The notes beneath the pieces were generated by a model. It saw only the letters and a list, made by a program, of their open reading frames with translations, was not told the DNA's origin and ran no database searches. From the NCBI GenBank assembly GCA_965178125.1, contig OZ237743.1:992001-1056000 (forward strand): a DNA stretch of 64,000 nucleotides, given 5' to 3'. This DNA comes from Bilabrum cf. latius (Eukaryota). Made by a program: the position numbers and the translations under genes. This document shows, piece by piece, positions 11,695-25,338 of the stretch; position 1 is the first letter of the stretch, and every line of letters starts with the position of its first letter.

Positions 11695-14600
11695 TCACCG
11701 ACCCCGCGATCCACCCACGATCATGGCCCCAGCAGCAGCCGCGGGGCTCGAGTGCTGCTAGCCGCTTCCTGCCGCTCGGCTAGACCCCCCTCCGGCTTTC
11801 GCAACCTCCCTTCTGGTGGTGCCATCTTTCTGAGTGCCACCCCCGTATTTCGTCCCAGTGGCACGTCCACCGGGCCCGAACGCGGGGGCGGCCATGCCAC
11901 CGGCACGCGCACCGCCGAGAGCACGCCTCGCCCGCCGCTGATGCCCAACCCTTGCCTTCGCACCGCCATGGGATGCACCCACAAACGACATGGGCCGCGC
12001 AAGCCCCTTGGCACGCTTATCAAGACCCTTGCTCCCACCACCAGCCCCACGCCCCCCAAGGAGACCCCCGCCCACCTTCCCCCCGCCCTGTGGACCCCCG
12101 AGCGCCGACTGGCTGCCCCTCCTGGAGGCATCCCTCTGCTTCACAGCCTCCTCGCTGAGGCCCCCTGCACCACCGTGCGATGCACCCCAGGCCTCCTGCC
12201 CCCTGGGCAGCTCACGGGGCATCCCGCCGGGCCTCAGTCCCCGGCTGCCCTCGTCCACCGCAGGCTTGCGCAATCCATCCCTTTGTTCCCTGGCCCGCCT
12301 CGCGGCCAGAGCAGCGGACGACCCCCTCGATCCATGTTGTCCCCGCCTGCTACCCGCCCGGCCCCCTTCGCCCTCGTCCGACGAAGAGCTCGAGAAGTCG
12401 TACGCGGCCGCAGCGTCGCCCGCCGTCATGCCTTCGCGCATCATCTTCTTGCGGTGCCGCCGGCGCCGCGCACTTGCGGAACCAGACGGGTCGCTAGGTG
12501 GTGCCTGGTCCCTGCCAACCTGGCCCGCCCCCTTCTCTTTCGATTTCTGCTCCTGCGATTGGCCCGACTCGCTGCTGCCGGCGCGCACCTGGCCGCGGGC
12601 TGCATTGCCTCGGGGTAGCTGTCCAGTCGCCCCTTTGCTCTCCCCCTGGCCTCTTGACAGTCTTCTGCTGCCACCACCGCTTGACTTGGGTACTGGCAGC
12701 CCCTCTGGCACCAGCACGTCGCCAGACCCAGAGCCTCGATGGCGGATTGCCCTAAGCGGAGAAGGGGGCAACCTGTGAGGATTCGAGGCGGTGTCTCTCT
12801 GCCCCTGGGCCGCACCAATACCAGGACCCCCGAATGAATGTGCCTCTAATCCACCAGTGGACATCTCGTCGCTCTCCCTCCGCTTGCGATCCCTCACCCG
12901 GCCTCGCCTGTCCCACCCGGCGGACCCAGCAGCCGCCACACCACCGCCTGTGCCTGTGCCCGTGTCTGTGCCCACCCTCCCGTTCCTACTGCGCCCCTTG
13001 TTCTCTGGGTGTTCGTCATCCGTGAGATCCACCGCGCCCGAGCCCCGATCCTGCCTCTCCCTCGACACTGACCTGGACCCGCCGGCCGACCGCGAGCCGA
13101 GCGAGGCCTCCGAGTCGCTGCGCCGCATGCTGGCGTGAGAGGGAGCCACCGAGTCTGCGCGGGCGGCAGCTTCATCGCGCTGGCCAGAGGAACTGCCGTG
13201 CGATGCAACGGCACCGGATACAGTCGCTCCGGGCACAGCTCCGGTAGCCGGGGACTGTACCGGGGTCAAGCGCGGGCTGGGGATGTGCGCGATGCCACCC
13301 TCCCGGCCCACGGGTGCTGGGTGGTGCGTCACAGTCACCGGCGTCATCGAGTCAGAGCGGGGCGTTGGAATTCCGGGCCCTGCGCCGGCGGGACCTGCTG
13401 CTGCTGCCACTGCACCGTACTGCTGCTGGTGCGCCCGCAGCCCCTCCCCCGCAAGCCCCTGGCCGGGGCTGCCAGCCACCGCCCCCGCGCCCATTCCCAT
13501 TCCCGTTCCCGTTCCCATGCCGCTGCCGGTGCCGCCGAGCAGTGCCCCAGTTCCCTGGGCCAGCACGCCCGTGGTTGCACCCGCGGCCCCTCGGCCCCCT
13601 TTGGCCATTGAGGTGGCGATCGTGCCCACGTTCTGCTCCAAGGTGGACCGGTCCTCTTCCGTCCACGGGGCTTCTTTTCTCATCTTGTCGCCGATGGAGT
13701 GCTCCTTGAGGTACCTTGCCACCGCGTCCCCCACCAGGTCGGCGACCCCCCGCTTGGCAAGCAGCCTGCGCCTCACCTTGGTGGAGCTGACCCGGTCCAG
13801 ACTGGTGCTCAGCAGCGCACTGTCGTCCACCAGGTGCACCTTGAGGCGGTGCCTCCTGCCCACCAGCGTGTCCAATTCCTCGGTGAATCCCGGCCTGGCG
13901 CAGCAGATCACACCGAAATTCTTGATGGTTTGCGGTCCAGTTCGCAGCAGATGGTCTGCGCCGCAGAGGTACATGACCTTGGGCGAATGCTCGGGCGTGA
14001 ATGCCGCGTCTAGCCTCTGCTGCACGTTGCGAAGCACGGAAGGGTAGTCCTGGGTGTTCCGGCGCGTGGCTTCCCAGCGGTCCACCGCCAGCCATGATGA
14101 CCCGCGTATGGCGGCTTCGCACATGGCGACCCTGTGCCTGGCAGGGATGGCTTGCTCCGGGAATCGTCGCAGGGCCGATCGCACAGTCTTGTCGTGGGAG
14201 GGGCTGATCACCCCGCCCACCACCTGGAATTCCGTCCTTTCGGTCAAATACTGCGATGAAATAGGTAGTAGTTAAGGCAGCACATTCCTTATCGTGATCG
14301 GCAGCGAGACAAGCGCAAGCCAAGAGCAGTCGAAACCAAGCGTATGACGCGGTAGCAAGCACCCAGCGATCGCATCCGACGGATCAGGGCAGTCTCTCTC
14401 ACGTTTCTGGCCAGATAGAACATGCGCAGGTGGTACAGATGCACTGGATTGTAGCTCCCGGTTGCAACCAGCACGACCGGCTTGCGACCAGCCACGAGCG
14501 CGCCCATGTTGGTCGCAACCTGCCTGACGAGCAGCTCCTGAGATGTCAGTTTGGACACCTCGGCGGTGGCCGGCCGCCCGATCTCGGCCTGCAGAGACAG

Positions 14601-15497
14601 CAGGCCGCGGGCAGCCGGGCTCATACCCGCAGCACTTCCCGCTCCGAGTCCTCCTAGCATGGGACTACCTGCGCCGCTGCCAGGAACACCGCCAACCGAC
14701 GCGTTGCCTGCCCATACGGACCACCGAGAGGATGACGCGTTCGAGACTCGCCGGACCTTGCGACCCCCGAGCCCCTGCCCCTGCCCCTGCCCCTGCCCCT
14801 GCCTGCCATGCGCGTGCCCGGGGGACGCATCCGCTGTGGATCGTCTGGATGACGAGTGCCCACTGGATGCACTGCCATGCGATGCACTTGGAGGGCCTGG
14901 CAGGACCGATCGCATCGCGGCGCCCGCGCTCGAGGGATGCGCTGGAGCACCTGCTCCGAGTCGTGCTCGCCTCAGCGCGGCGTGAATCTCGCTGGCGTGC
15001 GGAATCCGGCTGCCGCTTTCCACGGAACCGAAGCTGTCGGCAGGATTGGATGCGCCGGGATGGCCGGCGGAATCTCGCCGAGCAGCGCCAGCTCCGGGCG
15101 ATTGCAACAATCGCGGGCGCTCCATTGCGAGGGGCAAGCGCTCGTTGAGAGGCTCCAACCGCGATCGTTCCGAGCTATTAGAGCCCGGTACACCCCTTGG
15201 TGGAGCGCGTCGATGAGCATGGTCGTCTTCAGATGTCATAGAGCCGCTGGAAAGGTGCCGGCGATGCCTGCCAGCTTCCACTGCTTCGTGAACCTCTGCC
15301 CTGTGCAACATATCCGTCAAATCCTAAACCTCTGCCCTCAGCCGACTGAGCTCTTCAGCATTCTTCACTGCAGTGCGTGGAGTCGGTACAGATGTCACCC
15401 CTTCGGGCCTGAGATGCATGCTCTCTCGGATGACATAGGCGTTGGGCAGGCCTGATACCTTCAGCGTTTCGGCCGCCCTATCGGCTGCGCCCGCCAT
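11695..15497 (-). CDS. NMN/NaMN adenylyltransferase-like domain with long low-complexity extensions (intron 14402-14251)
   Basis: VVLVATGSYNPVHLYHLRMFYLARN|YLTERTEFQVVGGVISPSHD, HRVAMCEAA, VDRWE, YLCGADH, VSSTKVRR, LVGDAVARYL. TAGs at 15324 and 11758; ends TGA 11695. Confidence 0.82.
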
Positions 15498-15676
15498 GAT
15501 GGATTCTTGGCTGTACTTATTATGCAATCCACGAACTGCGTAAGCAAAAAGCTTGTCGTTTCGCCGTGTCTGGAACGGAAACGAGACCGGTAGCACTGCG
15601 GAACCACAACCGAGCGGCGCCGCGCCCAACGGATGGTTGGAATCGTTGAGATAGTATTGCTTCTGAGCCCAAGACC

Positions 15677-17076
15677 ATGGCAGCTGTAGCTGGATCTGGG
15701 ACATCATCTTTAGCACGGGCTGGTGCTTCTGCTTTGGAACTTGCTACAGATCCGATGAGCGCAATGGAAACTCCTGGCCAGGCGAAGTACAGCTTCCTCG
15801 CTAGCTGGTTGGATGAAGTCAGTGGCGTGGTTCGAGACTTCAACGTTAGCTTTTGGACATCAGACAGCACTGTTGAAATGTATGACCCGAAGGCCCGAAG
15901 ATTATTCCTAAAGCGGGCTCTGCCTAGAGAGCGAGTGACGCTTGCTTCCTTCGCCCTCGGCAACACTGTAACAGTCATGGGACGGCCGCTTCAAATCAAG
16001 AAATATCTTAACCCAGTTACGGAGGCAGCTTTTAAGACCACGCGCACGACGACTGTTTGCGTGATCAAGCCGGATGCGCTGCCGAGCATGGGCACAATCA
16101 TTGACTTGATAGTGGCTGCAGGATTGGACTTGGTGCAAGCAAGGATGGTCCGGCTGAATGCGCGCGAGGCTGAATTTTTGCTGCAGGACAAGCGACGTCT
16201 GTTGTCGCCCGATAAGTTCAAGGCGCTGGCATCCCACCTGACGAGAGATGCCTGCCTTGCGCTTGCAGTGGCGGGCGACGATTCCGTCGCTGTCCTGCAC
16301 AAGTGCGCCGGCCCGTCAGACCCGGAAGACGCGAGAGCTGCGTCTGCAGGTAGTATTCGGTGAGAGACTTTTCGATTCTTGGGCTGCGTGGTGGCCCCGC
16401 GAGTGCGGGTCACCACGTTGCGGCTCGTACTCCGTGGCGAGACCTGCAGCAGCGCGATGCCTGATGCCCCGTGCCCGTACTGCAGCGCACTGCCTACGAG
16501 CATGAAATTTGCTCTTCATCTTCCGTTATTGCTCGCAGCGCTAGGTTTGGAACAGATTCGATCAGGAACGCCGTGCACACGTCCGCCGACATTGACGCGG
16601 CCGGCCGTGACTTGGATTTCCTGTTCGAGCAGAAAAGGGAGGACCCGGCCCTCTTCGACAACTGCGCAGTGGTCGTGGTGAAGCCGCACGCTTTCGACGC
16701 GGGTGCGACGGGCCCCGTCCTGCAGGAGCTGCTGGACGCCAAGCTGGAGGTGTGCTCGGTCAAGACTCTCGCACTCCGCACCAAGGATCTGGAGGACTAC
16801 CTGGAGGCGTACAAGGGGGTTGTGCCCGAGTACGGGATGTGGGTGAGGACTATGTCGGAGGGGAGATCTCTGCTGGTGCTGGTGCGGGGGGAGGGCGTGG
16901 TGACGAGGGTGAGGAGGCTGTGCGGGCCCTACGTGCCAGAGATCGCGAGGGAGCTGGCCCCGTCCAGCCTGCGGGCGTAGTTTGGGAAGGATGCCGTGAG
17001 AAATGGGGTGCATTGCACTGACCTGGAGAGGGACGGTCCTCTGGAGGGCAAGTTTCTGTTTAACGTGGCAGTGTGA
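15677..17076 (+). CDS. NME7: Nucleoside diphosphate kinase 7-like (DM10 plus two NDPK domains; intron 16360-16538)
   Basis: DM10-like SVEMYDPKARRLFLKR-type segment (STVEMYDPKARRLFLKR); VIKPDA; SIR|ARFGTDSIRNAVH; VVKPHA; SLRA*FGKDAVRNGVHCTDL across TAG 16978; ends TGA. Confidence 0.9.
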
Positions 17077-17357
17077 CCTGTGTCCGTTGTGGAGCGCGGG
17101 GCGGGTGGCGCCCGGCATCAGCGGCTTGGTGTGGCTGGCGGGGCGTCACCCCATGAATTACACCTCTCTAGTTTGTTCCTTACTCTGTAAAATTCTGGTT
17201 TTCGTTCAGCAAAGCCATAAATATGAAGCCTTGCCAAGCTACTGCCGACCTGAGGAGTGATCGGAGCACTTCGGTGAGTGCTCGACTCCATGCCCCGCAC
17301 GGCATTTTACAGCGACGCGTGTAAAATCCACCAAGATTCCATCAACTGTATAGCTGC

Positions 17358-20300
17358 ATGAGTATTCAAACCAGAGCAGCAGCCGAAGCACGCGGTTTTG
17401 CCGCGAGTGTTTCAGCCGCTATTTCTAGCGACGACACGCAAGGTGTTCTGTATCATGCCGGGCAAGGTGCTTTGCTCCATCCACCGCGATAGTTTCAGGG
17501 CCTTCGGTTTCCGCCTGACTCTCACGGACCTGTATCGCATGCAGCGATTCATGGGAGCTCCAAAACGCTCCAGCTCCTCCTGGATTCGTTCCACCTGAGC
17601 CCAAACGAGAGATCTTCCCAGGGCATTACACCAATGATGCAACTTGTCAGATCGTATGATGTTTTGAAGGAGAAAACGCTTGCGTCTTTCCGAGAAATTG
17701 CTCAGATTCTCGTAGCTGCTGGTACGGAGGGACATGAGGTCGATCTGGTAAGGCAGAGGTTTGGGGCTTTGCTTCAAGGTGTAGAACTAGACCTGCAATA
17801 ACTTTCTAATTTTGTATTCATTTGAGACGCAGGAAGGTAATTCTGCATTGCATTGGGCGTACCGCCATGGCGTGCCAGCGGGCCTTCTTCCAGACTGCAT
17901 TCGCAGCAAGGGAGCGCTGGTTGAGAACAACGATGGGTACACCCCGATAGAATATATGCGCTCGAAAGAGACAGCTTGCACGCAATTTGCAGACCCTGGC
18001 AAGACTGCCAGAGGATTGGAGCCTGGTAGAGCCCAGCGTGCATCCGGCTCCAGCGTGCAGCGTGCCACCGGCTGCTAGGAGCAGCAGCTGCAAGCGGTTG
18101 ATTACCATCGACTCGGCATCTGGCCCGGAAACACTTCCTCCCCATTCAATAGTTGGGCCTTGGACAATTACGTGCGGCACATGTAGCGGTAGGGGCGTGT
18201 CATACGATAGGCAGTTGTGTCAGGCTCCCGAGCGGAGACTCCCCTCAGCACGGCACTGGCCAGGCACAACCTCGTCCGGCACGAAGTTATCCCGTCACCC
18301 CAAGTTTCAAAACACGCAAGACATGATACCTCAGCAGTAGGCACTGCTGCATCGCCCTGCCCTGGGGCTTCTTTCAAGTCAGGCCCAGCTGCAGACACTC
18401 CAGCTGCGGTCGGGGATGCCGGAGCTGTGTTTCCTCCAGAGTTGGGCACTAACGGCACGCTGCAAGCTGCTCTTGCTGCGTCAGTGGCTGGCAATGAACT
18501 TGCACCCTGGGGGTCCTCGCGCGGCAGGATGCAAGCAGGCCGCTTCGGCTGGACTGCCCTCCACTGGGCAGCCTTCTTCCTGGACCTGCAGTCAATTGTC
18601 GTTATCGTGAATACATCGTTCGGAACTGGCTCTGGCCCGGTAGATCTGCCCATTGATTGCTTCGGGTAGACTCCACTTCATTGCGCGGTACGATCGTGCG
18701 CAATAAATGCAGAACAGCCTGGTCACTAGTACTTAGCGTCGCCTGCCACCTCTGAAACCTGTCCCGCTGTCCAAACCGGGAGCGGACTGGCTTGCGTCAA
18801 GCTCTTGGCTTCGCTGGACGCGCATGGTGATGCAGCACAGCGGTCGCACGCCCTCACTGGACACAGCCTTCTGCACACTTGCGTGGTGGAGGGACTTGGC
18901 ATGGACTTGAAACGGGTGAATAAGGCCAAAGCGAGCGATCCAGGACGAGGACCCGCCCCACCTCCAGATAAGCTGCACGCAGACAGCATCGCGCCCCGAG
19001 TCAGCCAGCTCGTTCGCTTGATCAACGTCATCAAAGCAGCCGGCTGTTCGCTCGAAGAGCAAGATTCTCTTGGCTTGACCCCGCTCGACCTAGTTCACCA
19101 AAGAGTGCAGCAGCTCGTGTCGGCGGTGCCTAGCAGTGGCAGACGCAGAGGCAAGCAGAACGATACCAAGCGACGAGCCATAGTCACAGCGACGTTTTCC
19201 CTGAGATAGGCACTTCGGTCTGCACCCGCCACGCTGTCGAAAGTATTTGACGGCTAGTCAAGCTTTCGGGCAAGCCGCGACAAATCGCCGCGTCGCTCCG
19301 TGCGATTCGATGTGCCTGATAAACCGTTACCAACACGTGTCCCATCGAGCCTGCCGGGTCCTGTTGCTTCGTAGACAACCAAGGCAGACCCCCATGAGAG
19401 TTCGCCTCTGCAAGCATCAGGGGCAGAGGTGATCCAAACTGGTGCACTGGACGCTTTGGCTGTATCGGCTGCCGATGCCAAGGCTGCTCCAGTTCACGCC
19501 GCGACGGGCGTATTGGAAGTATACGAACCTGTTGTCGACTGGCTCCAGCGCATCTGTCCCGGAGCTACAAGCAGTGGTGCGCAAGCAAAAGGCAGCCCAT
19601 GGGCGACAGCCGCCCAGATGGAGCGACTCAGGCGGCTGAGCAGAGTAAGCTTCTCACCGGTGCTCAGCCAGCTGGTTGCTTCGGAGCAGGGCGTGCAGAT
19701 GATTGGCCCTTTCAGCGCACGAAATCACCCGCTACCAGGTGGGCAACTATACCGCAGGAGCAACGGGGCCGTCTCCTTAATGCAGTGCTAGGCCGAAGTC
19801 GCCCCCAGCGGCGTGCACGGCTTCGTGGGCGTGGTCGAGCAATTGCCACGATCACCAGACGGGCGCGGCGGGATGCCGCTTCACGCCGTGCCTGTCCTCT
19901 CGAGCGGGCTACCACCTGAAGTCGAAGGACCCAACGTGCGTATGGCCGCCGTGCAGTCTCCCTCCAGCCACGCCGGTGTATCTGAGAGCGGCAGCCAGGA
20001 GGGGGGGTCTGGCTCTGCCTTGCAGTCCTGGGCCGGTGGCTCCAGCTGCAGGGACGGTGACTCTGCCAGCACCGGGTCCTACTTGATGCGGCATGCGCGC
20101 ATCGCGGCTCTGTGGGAGGAACAGGACTTCACAGGTATACCGGGGGAAGGTATCAGCTGCACTTCGAAGGATGGAAACGGTCCAAGCGCAGGCACGGCTG
20201 ACAGAGTCCCTGGTGGGCCACTTGACGTGACTGCTACGCCCAGCGACGCTGCTAGAATCGCTGCATCTGGATCAGGATAGGAAGAGGAAGATGATGCCTT

Positions 20301-20805
20301 CGTGTCTCCTCTTATACTGGGATACCCAGCCCTTGTGGACCGTGCCGAGGCAGTCGCCAAGGAGAGGGCTGCTTGCAAGAGGGCGGCACGGCAGCAGCGA
20401 CGAGAGTAGCTGCGCGCATCGAGTGAATACACTTCGGACACAGAGCGCGGCGGTCGCCCACGGCTGGTCAAAGAGGAGTCCGGTGTGCGCTCTGGCACTG
20501 TACGTGGTCATGGTAGCGCTACAGATGCTCATGCTGAAGGTAGCCCGCCCCTTCCCCCGAGTTGGGATCGGGCGTGGAGCGAGAGGGTGGGCAGGTACTA
20601 CTACTTCCACACCGAAACTCGACAGACGCAGTGGGACACCCCAGTTCTGGAGGGGGCAGGTCGGAGCGACATCGATTCAGATCAAGCGTCCGCACATGCT
20701 GGGAAACAGGATGCAGGAACGGGTGCAGGTGTATGCCTGACCAATGGGGCGGATGCAGCTTTGACCACTGGGGTGGACAATTCTGATACCGCGACTACCG
20801 AGTAA
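17358..20805 (+). CDS. Ankyrin-repeat protein with C-terminal WW domain (intron 17748-17832)
   Basis: VDL|EGNSALHWA, GYTPIEY, GWTALHWAA, DCFG*TPLHCA, DSLGLTPLDL; WW domain LPPSWDRAWSERVGRYYYFHTETRQTQWDTP. Six track ORFs share frame +1; 13 TAGs; ends TAA. Confidence 0.85.
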
Positions 20806-20820
20806 TAACAAATGAGGTCT

Positions 20821-20842
20821 ATCCGGATTCCGGAATCCGGAT
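20821..20842. repeat. Perfect 22 bp palindrome ATCCGGATTCCGGAATCCGGAT
   Basis: Identical to its reverse complement; lies between two convergent stop codons; resembles the termini of 29683..29925. Confidence 0.85.
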
Positions 20843-21024
20843 TGAAGCTAGCTATCAGACACTCAGCGAAGATAAACTGCATTTTGGCTAGCATGCGTCT
20901 ACCATCAGACCAAATCAAACCGATGTAACTCTGTAGCGGACCACCCGTACCGTCAAGAGAGAGCTACCCTTCGCCGTCTCACCCCAACGAATTCACCCAA
21001 AGCATTCCTTAGGGTTGTCTAGCA

Positions 21025-24000
21025 TCACTAACGTCGCACATTGGAATCCAAGTCAGTTGCAGCAGGCACCTTATCCTGCGCCGTGCCGCGCTTGCGCAGT
21101 CCGACGCCTGGCCGACTCACTATCTGAATCTCCCTGAGGTCCTCGAGAGCCTGCTCTACCACCTGTTCGGCCACCAGTGGCGTGTTCTCCTGAGAACGCA
21201 TCCGCAGGAACGGTGACAGCATCCACAGTCGCTGCTCGATGGCATCCGGGCTGCCGTCGTCGCTCGCAGATCCGACGCCACCGGATGGGAGTCGATCGTG
21301 GGGCGACCTGGCGGGGTCTGCAGACATCCAGTCAAACCTGCCCTGACCTGCTTGACCATCCCCCATACTGCCGCCGCCCTGCCTGTCTCGAGCGATCAGC
21401 TTGCTAGCGAATGTTGCCGATAGTCTGCTCCACTCCCTAGGCTGGTGCTCATGCTCCTGCTCCTGCTATTGCATCTGGCCATGATCAGCATCCTCGCCGC
21501 CGTCACCAACGTTGCCACTTTCGCCCAAGGCTTCTCCCAACGTGCCGTCTCCCGCCCCTGACTCAGGACTGCGAAGACCTCCTAGCCCGGTGTGCTCCCC
21601 AAACGCAAACGCGAAATCCTCCTTCTCCTCCAAATCGATCGAAGCCCACTCCTTGGTCCAGCTGGCGGGGACTGAAACAGCGCGCGAGCTGGCACGCTCC
21701 CCTCTCGCAAGTGATGAAGATCTACCCAGCAAGTCAGAGCTGCCGAAAGCGTCGCTGTCGTACTCATCTTCGTCTTCGTCACTGCTCGCGTCAAACAGAA
21801 CTGGCCCCGGGTAGGAACGCATGACCCCGGAATTCTCGTGCACAACTGGCTTCGGGAGCTCAAACCCGTGCGTGGGAACGTGGTTGCCTGGCTTCGCTGC
21901 GAATGCCTGGGGCCTCGAGAGCACCGTAGAGCCGTCAATGCCACTTTTCTCCGCTGAATCCACGGGAAATGAAGTCTCAACCTTATGCCACTATTCTTGG
22001 GGAGTGGCCTAGCCACTGCCCGCGCTCTAGCTGGAGTCATCCGCATCGCCGCCAGCCACGCCTGGTCCCTCATAGATACGGCTGTCCACACCATACGGAT
22101 CCGGTGTGTCATCACCCTCCAGCACACTGATGCGGAGTGGGGCAGCCACAGCCTGTGCCACTTTGTCCACCTCGTTCACGCCGCGCACCAGGTCGGACCC
22201 GGCACCGAGAGCACCAGACCCGCCCCCCGACACAACCAGGTGTCGCTGCAGCTGCTGCACCGCGCTCTTGAACACCTGCGTGGGCGACTCACCCGACAGC
22301 CCGCTTCCTGGTTCTCGATACACAGTGACGTCAGGTAGTGAGGACCGGGATGCCTCCGCGCTCACAAACCTGGCCGCCTGCCGCCTTGATTGCTCCCGGA
22401 TGCGCCTGCGCAGCAACGCGCTCACTTCCGCTGGTGTGGGTGGATGGATACCGCATTCCTGCAGCACCTCTCGAGCGTGACTCAAGAATGATGGTGGCTT
22501 TGATCTTGATCGCACGTGGCCCCGCGAGCTTGCTGGTCCCCCTGTCCCTGCGATTGTCTGCGCTGCCCGTCGCCTCTCCTGCAGTGTGGGCATGTGCATC
22601 ATCTCTTCAAACTTTCTCTTGTAAATGGCCTGCACTCGCTTACGAAGGCCGCTTGCAATCAGCATCATCCGAATAATGGACGAATTGATGAGGTTGCGAA
22701 GCTGCACCCGCTGCCGCACCCGCAGCCGGTGGTCCTCGCCGAACCGCAGGCCGCAGGCGCGCATCTTGGCTCGCAGCTCGCTTCGGACCTGCGGGGCTTC
22801 ACCGTGCTCTGTGCAGGCGAGGTCGACGACAGAAAGGACCTATATCGGAATCTTCGAAAACCGCTCGTAGCTCTGTATGCTGTCGAAGGGGTGAGGCGCT
22901 TGCTTCAGCTTGGTTCGGTGGCCTGCCGATTGCCCCGCCTCGCGTTCTTGGGCCTCTGTGGCAAGCTGCTCTGTGAGCTGAAGCAGGACCGCGGGCGAGG
23001 CTCCCCCACTGGCCAGGCACCGCACTAGCTTCAGCGCCAGGAACCACGAGCGGTGTCTGGCTGGGCACAGGGCATATACCTTTGCTCCCAGTCGCACATC
23101 ACCGGCGGCGTGTGCTATATCCAGACAGGCTTCTGCAATTCTGTGCGTACTGCCTGGGGGCAATGAGCTCAATGATCTTTGGCTCAGAGGAGCGAAGTCT
23201 TGCCCCACCCCGAGAGTCGATGCTACTAAGCTGTGCTCATTGGATTCACCAGCAGCAACGCTTCCAGACTGGGAGGGTTCGCTTCCCATGCAGCGCCAAA
23301 CAAGAGATGCGGCTGCCTCGACGTCGCCGCCCCTAGACAGCGATGCCGCCCTGGCAACAGCCCACATGGAATTCAGACCGTCTACAGGTCTTGTTGCCTG
23401 GCTGGTATCCTAGTTACGAGCTTCGCTCGACCTGAACTCGGCTTCTTGCTCTAGCATGTCGGACACGAAGTGAACAAGCACGTCGGCCTGCTTGCCGGAT
23501 TGCTTGCTGATCGACAGTCCCAGCAGCGTGTGAGCCATGCGATCAACGGGCAGAACCATGCTCCTCTGTGGACCGTATCCAGCCGTTGCGATGGAATTCG
23601 TCGCGGCTTGCAGCGCTATGCCCACCTTTCTCCCGTGTACGGCTAGGTTCATCACCTGCCGCCAAGCCCGGCTCACGTCACCGACCTGCAACTGCACTGG
23701 ACCCAGGTCCTCATGGCCGACTGCTGCCGACAGATCAGGCGAGCCAGCCTCCCTCCATGCTGCAATCGCTTCCCGCACGGCCAGGATCGCTGCGTCCACG
23801 TGAGTTGGCAACTGGGGCCGCGCTGCATCGTGCGAGGTTGGGGCATCCTGCACGGCAGTACGATCGTCGTATGGAACAGCCCCTGCTGGAGCAGTTGCAA
23901 CTGCCTGCAAACGTGTTGCGTTTCCGCTGTCCCAGCTACCGTATTTGACGCCCTCCTCCCCCACCAGCGGGATATCATCTCTGGTGGAGCCGCTCTCACT

Positions 24001-25338
24001 GCGTCCTGGTCCAGACGCGAACTGCATGCCGTTGAGCTTCTGAGTAAGGCCTGACATTGCAAGCTCAGCGGGAGACAAAGACTTGACAAATTCCTCCAGC
24101 GAAGCAGTGTCTCGGTCCCAGGCAGCCCACTGAAGCTGCACCTGCCGGATCCCTGGCCGCCACTTGGATGCATGTCGTCCGGTCTCATGCGGCTCGCGGT
24201 TCGCATCCGATCGAGCCTAGGACTAGCCCAGGCTACCCTATGTGTGATTTCCTGCTGCGGGATACGCGTCGTCACTGCCCGGTTTTGATTCAGAGTCGTT
24301 TCTGTGCCATGCATTTTGTTGAGACTAAGCCGGGCTAGCCGCACCTCCTCGGCGCCTCATCCTCAGCTGCCTCAGTATCCTGCCGCAGTCGATCGCCTCC
24401 GCCAGAGACAGGATCAGGCTGAGATGCTCGCTGAGGCGCGCCTGCCGAATGCGACGCCGTGCCTGTCTCTCGAGAACGTTCCCTTTCTGTCCGCTGGTTC
24501 CCAGCGAACCTCTAGCCACCTGTGGCGAGGAGGCGGCACCGGCACCTTGTGATGCTTGCGAGCCCTCTGCTGCTGCTCCTGTTGTTGCTGCTGTGGCCTC
24601 CTGCTCGGCACTCATTTCGCTTTGGATAGCAGCCACATATGATTCTCGCTCTAGAACCTCCTCTCCCCTTGCTAGCATGTTCGTATACGCAGCAAGGAGC
24701 TGCCAGTGCACTGGTCCCACCGCGGGCGGTGCCTGGCCTGCCACGAGATGTGCGCCAGAGGGCATGTCGCTGGCATTGGGCTACATGATCCGGTCATTGT
24801 CATCTACTATCGCGGCATGTTGCCATGGTATTCGACCTGTGAGGTCCCCTGCCAGTCGGAGGCCTTGGGCGAGCAAGCCAGGCCGCCGTGCAGCACCTGC
24901 TGCTTCAATGGCAACACGAGACATCGACACGGCGTGCAAATACCAGCCGATGTACGCCCGGGCCATGGCACTGCCTGCATTCACTCGCTGAGTCCACTCG
25001 TCTCTCTTTCCCAGAATGCGCGGCCATTCTGACTCGAGCAGCCGGCATGCCCTGTGTGCCCGCCCTGCTCGTAAGCTCCCGTACACACGCTGCAACAATT
25101 CACGGGGATGAGCCTCGGTTCCAGTTGCGCTTGACCGCTTGATTGTACTGCTTGAAACAACACCGGGTACTTCATCCTGGCTAAACTACCCAGCATGAGT
25201 AGAAAAATGCTAATGAGGTACACCATGTCTGCGAAAAGCGTGTGTGCCCCTTGTGATTCGCCATGAATTCCTCCAAAGCCGTCTAACAGGAAGCTATATG
25301 TTCTAAACTCGCGCATGGGGGGCGGGTATTTGGCCCAT
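21025..25338 (-). CDS. Large hypothetical protein (~1437 aa), possible mitochondrial presequence
   Basis: Seven track ORFs in one frame, joined through 16 TAGs with no TAA/TGA; ends TAG-TGA at 21030-21025. N-terminus is Arg-rich and acid-poor (RRLWRNSWRITRGTHAFRRHG). Confidence 0.7.
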
